Below, piece after piece: positions 51,601 to 63,512 of a DNA stretch of 64,000 nucleotides. Positions within the stretch are counted from its first letter, which is position 1, and each line of letters begins with the position of its first letter. The notes under the pieces are model-generated. The model was not told where the DNA came from, made no database searches, and saw only the letters and a list, made by a program, of their open reading frames with translations. The stretch lies in NCBI GenBank assembly GCA_051294375.1, contig CM119268.1, positions 10,578,318-10,642,317 of the forward strand. The letters are read 5' to 3'. This DNA comes from Paraspadella gotoi. Its lineage: Eukaryota > Animalia > Chaetognatha. Both the position numbers and the translations under genes were made by a program.

Positions 51601-54600
51601 AAAGCAGTCCCGTAGTAAATAGGACCTTGGTTTGTAATCTTGAAGCCAAGTTATGATAGGAAAAGTTGAAATAATAAATGATCCAAAATTTTTAAGTGAA
51701 CAGTATTGTTTCCGACTTTTTAATTTTTCGCAAAAACTTAAATTCTTTTTCGGTTTTTGACCCATATTTTTGAGAAACGCTACAGTAGGTGGTTGTAATT
51801 TACTCTCCATCATTTAAATAAGTTTTTAGGAAAATTCTAAAACTTGAGGCGGATCAATCTGTTATCGTTCATTCGAAATCTGATCAGCATGTTTTTACTG
51901 AAACTAAACGATCATCTGTCTGAATTCCTAGTAAGCAAACCAGATTCACAAGATCTTAAAATTCAGGAGTAAACAACCCGAAAAACATTTCGTGGACAAA
52001 AGATATTTTGCTAATCTTTTGATATCATTTAATATTAAACATTATTTTTTTACTTTGCTTTATTATCAAGTACATATGAAAGAATAATTTAAGGATTATT
52101 TATTTATTGTACTTATAAATTGTTATAATTTTAAAAGAAATTATTTAATGATCTTTTTAAAAGTTGATAAATAGTAACGTTAAAAAAAAATTCTGGTTAA
52201 ATTGTACATTCGCCGACCGGGTTTTTGCGGTCAGTTATTTGTTTTTCGTTTCCTATGAGTGACATATTGAAATTTTTTTACGCAAAAAATAAAAAAATAT
52301 TGATAAAAGCAGAAAAACTTTTAATTAAAAATTTAATTTTAAAAATTACCTTAAACCCTAACCACCCCTGACCTTTACCACCTTTAAAAACCCAATAACC
52401 CTAACCACCCTTAACTACAATTACCCTTAATCGTAATTAACCTTAACCCTAACAACCTTTAACCCTAACCAACTAACATGCAAAATTTTTTTTCAAAATT
52501 ATTTCTACCAATTAATAAAATGTATAAAAAACGTACTAATTTTAATTAAAGCTATATTATTTTTGAATAATATTATATTTATAAAATTGCTTTTTTCAAC
52601 TAACTAAAATGTAAAAAAATAATGAAACGAAAAAATTAAAATGAATAATTATATTATTGTATAAACTGAAACGCGATGTTAGAGGGAAAACAAAAGTCGG
52701 ATGATTAACAAACAATCGACCGGTGGTAGTTAAGGTTGGTTAGTCGTTGAAAAGTGATCTTACCCAAAATTCCTTCATAACGTCGATAACAGATAAACTA
52801 ATCTTTTATATTAATTTTTTGTCCTATTATAAATATTTAGTATTTTTTTAATTTAAAACCAATTTTCAAAATTTTAAAGAATATTTCAAATATAATATAT
52901 TTTAACATGATAGTAATATATATTATATAAGTATATATTAATGCATCCCTATGAAAAAAATTTTTAAAAATAATCTTTTTTAAAAATTATAATTTATTGG
53001 TACTGATTGACTGATTTATACAAATTTTATACGTAACTTTCAATACACTCTTGCTAACTAGCAGAAATAAAAATATCTCTAAAATAATAACACAACAGAA
53101 AAATTTATCAATATAGCTTACATAAGAACCTTGCCATGGCGTATCCGGTATAATCCCGTTGACGTCAATTTCTTAGGAGTGTCGCCATCAAGATCTACAA
53201 GAAAAAATTCCGGGCAATCTTAACTCAGGAGACGGACATGAATCGGCGACTCAAGGGCAACGATCCATGCAATTGGGCAAACCTCCTCAATGTCTACGAC
53301 TCATTCCAGTTCGGTCATGGTGGTGAGATCGTGATGTGCATCGTGCAGTATAATAAAATGCATAGTATATACAGAAGGCTTCATATTATAAAATGTAGTA
53401 CCCCTTTTTTGTGACCAGAATCTGTTCCCACCAAACTACCCAATCGAATTTAATGAAATTTTACATTTTGCTAATGACTATATAAATGGAACTATGAGGC
53501 GAATTTTGATATTCAACCCCTGACAAGAGATACAGGGCCCTGGGGGTGGACCCCTGGGGGGCAAAAAAATGCTAAAAATTTTTTTTTTATTTTTCCAATT
53601 TTTTTAGTAGCATTCGGTGCATTGACGTTTTAAACATAAGAAAAAAACATTTTAGAACTAAAATTGATAAATTTGCAATAATTAAGCATGTTTGAAGATG
53701 CATAGTTCATCGTTTTACTTCCAGTTTTCCCATATTATTCCAAATCTGACTTTAACTGCTGATGTTCATGAAGCTAAAAATTAAGGTAAATGAATATTTT
53801 TGAGGTAATAAATACGTTTTTGTGGAAGAGTAAACATCTGTGCAACTGTTTAAAACAAAAATAATAAAAAAATTTGAAAAAAATTTTTGACCATTTGTGG
53901 CCCTCAGGGGCTGCCCCCTCTGGGCCCCTTATCTCAGCTTAGGGGTGGAATGTAAAAATTCGCCGCGATAATTCCATTTGTATCACTACTGGTACTCCGC
54001 ATGCAAAATTTCATTAAATTCTATTCAGTAGTTTTCTTGGAACGTGTTCTGGTCACAAAAAAGGGGTACCACATTTTATAATATGAAGCCTTCTGTAAAT
54101 GTCCGCATTGTTAAGGATTGAAAGCATTCTTAAAGGCCCTATAAAGTTAGTTTCTTTCCTTTTTTTGGCGTCATTTTACGGACCTGACGAAGTTTTGATC
54201 TAATCATTCAATAATACGTATTTAAAAAATAATATTTCCCACTTTCATTTAAAAAGATGAGCGTTTTCATTGCGTGGTGATGGAATTGTTGGACCCCAAG
54301 CCTCTCTTCGCTCACGCGATGTTTGCCAATCTGGGATGGAAGACGGACGAGAATCTGGTTAGGCCCTCTTTTATCTTTTATTTATCTAATTCGATGTAGG
54401 CTCAAAATTCCTATCCTCGTTTTCTCCCAGTCATACACGCAGCGTTCCACCATCATGTCCGCGACGTTGGATGACATCCGTCGCGTGGCCTTCGAACTTG
54501 TCAAGACTTTGGGCTACCTCAAGTGGCAACGAGTCATCCACTCAGATCTCAAACCCGAAAACATCCTCGTCTCTGCCAATGGGCCTGCAATTGGTAAGCA

Positions 54601-57600
54601 ATATTTAACAGGAAGTTTGCTTTTTAAATGTGAAAAATACAAAATTTGATCCTTTCAGATAGCGTTCGCTTAATTGACTTTGGTAACGCCATCTCCGATG
54701 CCGAAGAAGATCGCGCCCTCTACTTTGACAAGTTTCAGATTCAGCCGCGTTTATATCGGGCTCCCGAAGTCTATTTTGGAATGACGGATTTTTCCTTCCC
54801 TATTGACATTTGGTCGTTGGGGTGTATCGTTGGTAAAAATTAAATGTTCATTTCACAATGATAATTGCTTATATGTTTCTCAGTTAACGGGTTTGCGACT
54901 CTAATTTTTTTTCCTCTCTGCCCTCTAGCGGAACTTTTTCTTGGCGAACCGATCTTTCCTTCCGAAGATGAAGGAGACATCCTTAGTCGGATATTCGAAG
55001 TAAGTCTGAGATTGAGATATAAATGTCAGAAAGTGAAAAAGTTTTCGTTCAAAAATTTTGGTAATAAATGACGAATTTTTGATGGTTTAGGTTCTCGGAC
55101 CATTCCCACGGGCGCTTTTCTTTGAGGGACGTCGGTTTCACGAATGGCGTGGTCTTGTTTCGGCGCCACCCTATGACGCCATCGAGAAGAGACGTCGCCT
55201 GATGGAAAAACTTGACACCGTTGATGCTTGCTTTGTGCACTTCGTAGCCGGGTAGATTAGTGAGTTTCTTTGGAAACGATCCTAGTAGTACGTAACTTTT
55301 CCCTTAAATAAAATCCCCTAGTTGCCTCGAGTACGACCCACTTCTTCGTTTGACACCCTTTGACGCAGCGTCGCATTCATTCCTGGCGCCGCTCTGCCCT
55401 CTTAAGTACCTTCTGCCTCCTCGTCCTCTCGATCCCCGACAGACGTGGTGTGCTAGTTACGGACGTCAAATGCGCCAACTCGCCGGGTTTGAAAACGACG
55501 ACAGAAATGGTCACCGAAGACGAACGGAGGAGGAAGTCTTTATGAGCGCGCAAACCTCGAAGCGCCGTCTTCGAAATCTTGCTGGGAGACCGTTGGCCGG
55601 AGCGCCCCCCGAAGATCCAATAACGTCTGCTCTTCCTCGCCTCTCGTGTCAAAGGATAAGAGTTCAGTCAATGACCGGTGAGGAATTTGAAGGAAAGATG
55701 TGAAGAAGGCAGAAGCAAATGTTGCTCTTCAGACAACTCTATTTTTATTTTTATCAAGGCTCCCGCACGGAAGAATTGATAGAAATCGAAGACGACGTTG
55801 ACGACGACGCAAACGTTTTTGTGATGGATTCTCCCTCTCGTCTTTCCGATTCTTCTCTTTTTAAGCTGGAGGGAGAAAAGGATCTCTCTCCAGTAGCGCC
55901 TACATCTCCAGTTTCTCTAGAATCGCCGATTCCTCCCATCGCAGCCTGCACGCCCCAGACGGCGTCTTTTTCGGCGTCGTCCCGTATTTCAGCTTCTTCT
56001 CCTCAGTCGCCACCGACACCGCGAACTCCTTCCACGCCTTCGTTCCTCGACCTAATTGTGAAATCCGAAGATTCCCTGGCGAGTTTCATAATCATATGTT
56101 TAGTTTTCCTTGTGACATTGTAATAGAAGTAGAAAAGAGACGAGCTCTCTCCTGATCCACTTTTATCAACGCCCGGACCTATTGCTTTGCCTGGTCAATC
56201 TAAGGTCATTGCCAAAGCTAGGGCAAAGTGAGAGTGGGGAAAGACCGGTACGGAAAAAGAGAGAGGAAGGGTTTAGAGAGGGAGACCGGTGGGTAGGTCG
56301 CCTCAAAATAAATCTATGCTTCACGTTACAGAGCGAAGAATACCCCTCTCGCGGAGGAAAAGAAATCAATCATAAAGGTATTCCTCTTTGTCAATTAGGT
56401 TCATTCATTGATGACCAGAAACTGTTGTCTTTTTTAGAACAAAACCATCCATCGCTCTTGACTACCTTGCCTCGAAACGACATCAAGACAGCCGTTGTCC
56501 ATCCTCTCCGTCCACAGGTTTTCGTTCATAAGTGAATAGTTCATTTTGTCCAAACTGTTTACTCACATTTTCATCGTCGCTTCTGCAGTTGATCTGTTCA
56601 CCAGCATCTCACACCAATTTTTCTCAAACCAATGACCACGTGAACGACCCTTATGACAGCACTAATGGCGTCAACGATACGGTTGACACAGGTTTACCTG
56701 TCGGGGTGGATGTATCGAGCTCTCAAATCGAAAACCAGCCAAACGAACAAGAAGTCGGCGTTGTGTCGATAGACAACAACAACAATCCAATTACGACCTC
56801 AAAACGCCGCGAGAAAACCAAGACGTTGGGAAGACGCCGTCGTCGTGAGAAAAGAGACAAAAAGGCGCCAAGTCATGACGAGAAACAGTCGCGCGTAGAG
56901 CCGAATTTGGGTAGCGCCGCAGTTTCTCAATACTCTGGTAAACACGGCAAAAAATCTCGCGGTGACTCGTCCCGAACTGACTCTTCACGTCTGCTTAAAG
57001 CCAAGCGTCGGAAATTTCAAAGCTCTGCGACGTCTTCCAAGGCGATCTCTTCTAAAACCGAATGCAAACTCGCTACCCCTCTTGACGGACGCGTCAAATC
57101 CGATCGGGCGGCGCTCTTAATGCATTTAGAGAACTTGGTTTACCACAAACACTCGCCTATATTCGCGAGACCTATCCGAACTAGAGATGCACCGGAGTAT
57201 GACCTCAAAGTCTTTAGGCCGATGGATATCTCCACTATTAGAACAAACGTAAAGACAGGAATTTTGACTACTTTCCAGGTTCGTCCTTCAACATTTAATT
57301 TTTATTGATTTTTCTGTTCAGAATACTTGACACTTGAAATAGTCAGGACCTATTAAAATTAACAATAAAATGAAGCTTTTGTTAGTACTTTATTTTATTT
57401 TGGTGTAAAAATTGATATACAACAGGAAATGAAACGCGATATATTGTTGATGTTTACAAACGCTACGATGTACAACGCCAAGGACGAAGTCATCTTCTGC
57501 CATGCGCAGGAAATGCTTCGTCACGTGAACGCGCTCATGTGCAAAGCAGAATTCGAGTTGTCCCTTGCCGCCGGAAAAGTCTCTGGCATCGTCTCTCAAG

Positions 57601-57698
57601 TCGCGAAACCCTCCAAAAAACGTCGCCGTTCATCGACAAAGACCAAGAACGACCCGGGCGAAAGCGCTTCGCCGCCGAAAAAGAAAAGGGCTCGATAA
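48645..57698 (+). CDS. Atypical CMGC (DYRK/HIPK-like) kinase with C-terminal BRD8-type bromodomain, about 1017 aa, 15 exons
   Basis: Phase-consistent exons 48645-48858, 48991-49177, 53177-53322, 54257-54357, 54431-54593, 54659-54832, 54929-54999, 55091-55251, 55322-55677, 55759-56078, 56133-56204, 56332-56377, 56438-56517, 56589-57278, 57426-57698 (3054 nt). Kinase motifs VAIK, VMELL, IHSDLKPENIL, IDFGNA, YRAPEV, IDIWSLGCI.AEL, CLEYDP..R. Bromodomain SPIFARPI..DAPEY..PMDISTI..KRDILLMFTNATMYN. Both domains are secure; the low-complexity linker exons are less so. Confidence 0.8.
49445..51813 (-). CDS. SLC26/SulP anion transporter (prestin/pendrin-like) with STAS domain, about 650 aa, nested in kinase intron 2
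   Basis: Exons 51813-51565, 51504-51417, 51355-50963, 50873-50525, 50444-50363, 50298-50110, 50047-49445 (1953 nt, in phase). Motifs PQGMAYGLLA, GLYTSF, FGTSRHISLG, GFTTACA, DSNKEL, SRT, LPKCVL, STAS VILDFSSVAFCDFSG and FLNIHGAV. Confidence 0.95.
52195..52765. mobile_element. Degenerate MITE-like element with GG/CC termini and internal telomere-like (TAACCC)n tract
   Basis: Weak TIR similarity (GGTTAAATTGTACATTCGCCGAC vs GGGTAAGATCACTTTTCAACGAC); flanks AAAATTCT / AAAATTCC; degenerate CCCTAA repeats about 52350-52475. Confidence 0.45.
53372..54095. mobile_element. Tc1/mariner-type MITE, 724 bp, long inverted arms, TA TSD, in kinase intron 3
   Basis: TA|CAGAAGGCTTCATATTATAAAATGTAGTACCCC...GGGGTACCACATTTTATAATATGAAGCCTTCTG|TA; near-perfect first about 48 bp, degenerate symmetry further in. 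Confidence 0.92.
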
Positions 57699-57994
57699 AC
57701 TTTTACAACTTCTATTTTTTTGTTCAACCATGTTTTTTAAAGTAACCCATTGTTTTACTGTCATGTTTATGTCAAGTTTTCTGTGATTATGTAATTTTGT
57801 TCTACATTCTTTATTACTTCTGTATAAATATTTTTAAGTAGTAAAAGATGCCGAATACTGGCATTTTCGAGTGAGGTTTTTTTTGCATATCCTACTAATA
57901 ATGACTATTTATTTTTTTTGTATCAGATCGTTGAAAAATTTTGAACCAATGAGGCCATTGATGACAGAATAACAATAGTCTATTGTAAACTAAA

Positions 57995-60900
57995 ATGGCA
58001 GATGTAGATTTTCAAACAGAGCAAGAGGTATCTGTTATAAAAAAATCTCTAAAGTAGGAGTACATATAACATACCATTTTTTAGTTAGACCTTTCAGTCG
58101 TAGATAGTAGTTACGGCATTTTGGGTAGGGTAGTGCGGGGAAATTCGGAACACTGACTCAAAAAAATAAATTGTGTGGTAATCTTTTATAATTTTTTTTG
58201 GTACATTAAATATTCCACCAACTTGAGTTTACATAAATAAAGTTACAGCATTCTGCTGCTGCTGCATCAGCAATTTCAATGCTGCTAGTCAATTTTGTCT
58301 TATTTCAATTATTTTTTACATAGCTACAATTAAAATGGGGTAAAACGGAACAGAACCCCTGTAAAGTAAGTGTTTTGTTTCCTGATATGATTTTTATAAC
58401 GTATTAACGTTACAATAACAGATGATGAATAATTAGGAGGAAAAAATTATTATAGTATTAATATTACAGTAAAAAATCTATTTTTAGCCATAAAAAATAT
58501 ACAAATAGAATTTAACGCCTAAGTCAGGTTAAAAAAATTAGTATTAGATAAAATTAAGATAAACTTAATGTAAAATTAATATAAATAAAAATATTTGGAA
58601 AAGGAAATAAAAAATTCAATAAAATTTAAAAAGATAAATAAAAAGGATTAATAAAGAGAGTAAGAAAAATAACATTGGATAAAAAATGGAAAACCAATTT
58701 TTTTTTTGAAAGGAATATGGGACGAAATGCAGTAATTGAAGGAAATAAATAACTTTGTCAAAGATACTATATATAAAAAAATATATAAAAATTTTGTAAC
58801 ATTAATGAAAGCCTCGATGCACTTAATAATAGCGTTTTAGTTATTATTTTCTGTAATATTATTATACATTATTATTATTATTATTATTAAACATATGTTA
58901 TTAAATGTTCCCCATTACCCCAGGGTGGGGTAAAACGGAACACTTGTGGAAGACGTCCGGTCCCGAACTTCGGATCGGGCTGTAGTCCGTCACTGCAGGT
59001 GACTCGAGTCCTTTGGGTTGGGAGGAGCTCGTGCTACCTCCGGCTCCATAGGTGCTGCTGATTCTTGGACGAGTAACGGGGTATGAAATACTACCGCTAC
59101 ACACTTGTCATTTTTTTTAAAAAATGCGGCCCCCAGGGGTCGCAAGATAAAAACGACTGCATCAACCTGTAGCGGGGACACTTGCCTAGATATATCACTA
59201 GAAAATTGTTTTTTTTTTAAATATATTTACTATACGAAAAATTTGATTACTTCCAAAAGTGTTTCCAATTACCCCACGCTACCCTATATGATGTCCCAAT
59301 CTTGAAGGTTGTCAGTAAAAAGTTCTTTTTTAGCTGAAAAGAATTTTTAAGAACTCGATAATTAACGCCATTTAATAATTTTAGTTAAACATATTTACTG
59401 ATGCCCGACATGATGAAGTTTCTATCGAAACTGGCGGGGACGACGACGTCGTTGTCGAGTTCGAGATTCGCGTCACTGACGAGCACCGCCGTGACGTCGC
59501 CGCGGCTGCTGCTAGAAAGAAGTCCCGTCACGACAAATCAAAGAGCGGTTACGGTTTCCGTCGACGGACAAGAAGCGTTCGTTACGCGGAGTCAGACGAG
59601 GAAGATAAATGGGATGAGCAAAAGGAGATGCCGAGGAAGAAGAAACGAACTAAGTCAATTCCGAAAAGAAACGCGAACAAAAATTTGTCTTCAAATGGAG
59701 AGTATAAACCAAAACGAAAGTTGGAACGTAACTGCTCATCTGGATCGTCTACAGATAGGTAGATCTGAGTGAGCCGAGCAATAAAAAAAATACCTTGCCG
59801 ATGACGATGTAATCGACTGGGCAACACTGAGATCATACAAGACTTGATTTATTTTGCTTTATATTGCCTTGCTTTATTCCTTCGAGAAAGTGACTGCACT
59901 CAAGCATCTCGCCCGATTCGTCTCGGCCCTCCCCAAAAGTCAATCACTGGCCCTCACAAGTTGACCTCGGAGGAAGCGTTGAAGTTAACGAAACGCGAGG
60001 CTCGTCTGTTGATGTCCCGGATCAGGCGTAAGGAGACTTCGGTTAAAATCCCCGAGGACCCGAAGATTCTTTTTTATCCCTGGCAATTGGATCCGTCTCC
60101 GCAGGTTGCACATAAATCCTGAATCCAATTAGAAACTGTCTTTCTTTTTATCCTTTTTGGTAGGTACGTCGTTGCTTAAGTTAAGATCTAAGGTTTGTTG
60201 GTCTCAGCGGTATAATTTTACCGTTTCCGCTCCAGGCGGGAATAATGAAGATTGACTAACAAATCATCATTTGTGACCGCTCGATGCTTTTGCGTTTATT
60301 CAGCCGCCGCCAGCTGACACCGACCGCAGCCAGCACTTGCTTCGCCCTCCTCTTCCTCCCACGCATCAAAGAAGTCTTCGCGTTCTATCACTCTTCGACG
60401 GAATATCTGCGGGCCTCGCCGCCATCAAGGGACTTGGATTCGAAGTGGAAATTTACTACGCTGCTGAGATCGATTCTCAGGCCGTCAAGGTAACTGTACT
60501 TCATTCTAACTCTTTTGCTGATGTTTATAATCGATTTAAATTCGTTCTTGTCATCCAGGTTGCACGAAAGAATCACCCCGAAATTATTCACGTCGGGAAC
60601 GTTAGCTCCATAACCGAAAACGATTTACGCAATTGGGGACCGTTCAATCTCGTAATCGGAGGAAGCCCCTGCAACGACTTCAGTTTGGTTAACAAGTTTC
60701 GACAGGTCTGTTCTTCAATAACTTATGTAAATCTCAGTAAATTGTCAAAAGTTAAACCAACTTCTCAAAGGGCTTCACCGGAAAGACTGGGCGCCTCTTT
60801 TTCGATTTTGCACGCATCTACCGAATTTGCAGTTCTATCAATGAGGAGGCAAATTTACTCGCTGACACACACTGTTTCTTTCTTTTCGAGAACACCGTTA

Positions 60901-61532
60901 TGGATTTGGCAGAACAGGTTTTATAAGGGAGACGATTCAATCGTTTTAATCGTTTCTTTTTAATAACGTGATTCTTTATTCAGGAAGTTATTTCGTATGC
61001 TCTTGAATGTGAACCAGTTTCCATCGACGCACTGTACTTGACGCCGGCCAAGCGCCGTCGTCTCTACTGGACCAACATTCCCGGTGCCGGACGACCACTG
61101 GACATTAGCGTAGAACCCCGCCGACTTACTCTTCAGCAGGTTCTCATGCCGGGCAGAGTCGCATTGTGCCGGAAGATACAAACCATCACCACACAATGGT
61201 GCAGCCAGTTGCAAGGAAAGTTTCTTCAGGTTATTTTTTTTTTCAGATTATTAAAAGTGAGTTCTTTTTTTTTCATTTTATATCAGTTTTAATTTTATCG
61301 TCCACCAACCCCTAATCTCCCTAATCTGATTCAGCACCCAGTTCGCTTTCTCGGCGCCCCGTCTCGCCTTTGGATGGTGGAATTGGAAAGGTGCTTTGAT
61401 TTTCCGGATCATTACACCGACGCCGACAACCTCGTCGCCGACGAGCGGTTGCGTCTCTTGGGAATGAGTTGGTCGTTGCCAGTCATTAGACATCTCTTCG
61501 CTCCCTTAGAGGATTGGTTCAAGCGAAAATGA
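57995..61532 (+). CDS. DNMT3: DNMT3-family C5 cytosine DNA methyltransferase without PWWP or ADD domains, about 514 aa
   Basis: Exons 57995-58027 (tentative), 59385-59758, 59891-60104, 60304-60489, 60559-60705, 60771-60917, 60984-61229, 61335-61532. Motifs RVLSLFDGI (I), AAEID (II), [17 protein letters not shown] (IV), [12 protein letters not shown] (VI), [11 protein letters not shown] (VIII), [18 protein letters not shown] (IX), [18 protein letters not shown] (X). Catalytic exons are secure; N-terminal exons are inferred from open frame and phase only. Confidence 0.92.
58128..59284. mobile_element. Non-autonomous TA-target (pogo/Tc1-like) element, 1157 bp, in the putative first intron of DNMT3
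   Basis: TA|GGGTAGTGCGGGGAAATTCGGAACACT ... AGTGTTTCCAATTACCCCACGCTACCC|TA; internal TIR-like TGGGGTAAAACGGAACA at 58336 and 58926; no transposase ORF. Confidence 0.85.
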
Positions 61533-61663
61533 GACTTTAGTTTTTCTACCTTGTTAGTTATAACCTATCGAGTATTTTTCTTTTTGGAATTTTTCGATCG
61601 ATTTTATTCTTTGAAGTTTATTCATTGATTCAGATAACTTTTGAGTTCGTGAAATTGTTGACT

Positions 61664-62709
<1,046 letters not shown>

Positions 62710-63512
62710 ATGGTTATCGATGAAGTCCCGGGTTGCATGATGCATAGGTTTCTATCATTTTGTGTATATATTTCTAATTATAATATAAGACTATCTTCCA
62801 TTGTTTTAACACTTCTTTTTTTTTTATTAATTTGAGGTTTTGTTTTTGAGAAGAACTAGTAACGGAATCGTTGTGCCACCTTTCGGATTCGCTCGAAAAC
62901 TCTCTTTCCTCTTCCAGTCGGTTTCCCCTGAATCCGAAACCGAGAGCGAGAGAGAAAGAGAACGAGAGAGAAGGAGAGAGAGAGCGAGAGAGACAGACAA
63001 AGATGGTTCGGATGGCTCGGCCCAACCCCTTCTCTTTCGCTCGCTCGCTCCATTTTGAAACGGGATCCTAATTCTTAGGTCTGGAAGATATTCGCTAATT
63101 TCTTCATCAAATTTTCCCCCCCTGCTCTTCCAGCAATGTTTACTTCTGGATATGCGTCTCGTAGTTGCCTTTTCTTTTGTGAGGCTTGCAGAAACGAGAA
63201 AGAACTCCCTCACTAATGGAGCAGTGCATCGTCGTCATCGTCATCATCATCATCTTCCTTTCTTCATTCAGCTGAGCTCCCCGTTTTTTGGATTCTCGTC
63301 ACAGCAGTTTTGTGGCCGTTTTTTTACAATTTTTTTTTGGTAAATGGATGAAATCATTTGGATTATTTTTTTTTAATTTTGAAAATCTAGTATATTTTGT
63401 TTTTATTTAAATAACGATTTTGTTTTTTTGTCGGATTAAAAAAAAAATAAATAATAACCACCGAAAAATCAAATTAAATTTATAAATTTTCGGTCAATAT
63501 TTTTGCGCGCCG

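Noticed and set aside
52340-52480. CCCTAA repeats as a true telomere or chromosome-fusion scar
   Set aside because: Short, degenerate, single orientation and apparently internal to a MITE-like element.
59401-59772. 123-aa ORF MPDMMKF as the DNMT3 start
   Set aside because: The alternative frame starting at acceptor 59385 stays open to a phase-compatible donor at 59758 and looks more protein-like; not fully excluded.
60337-61532. Bacterial restriction-modification methyltransferase or horizontal transfer
   Set aside because: Spliceosomal introns and DNMT3-specific motifs ([31 protein letters not shown]) show it is an animal DNMT3.
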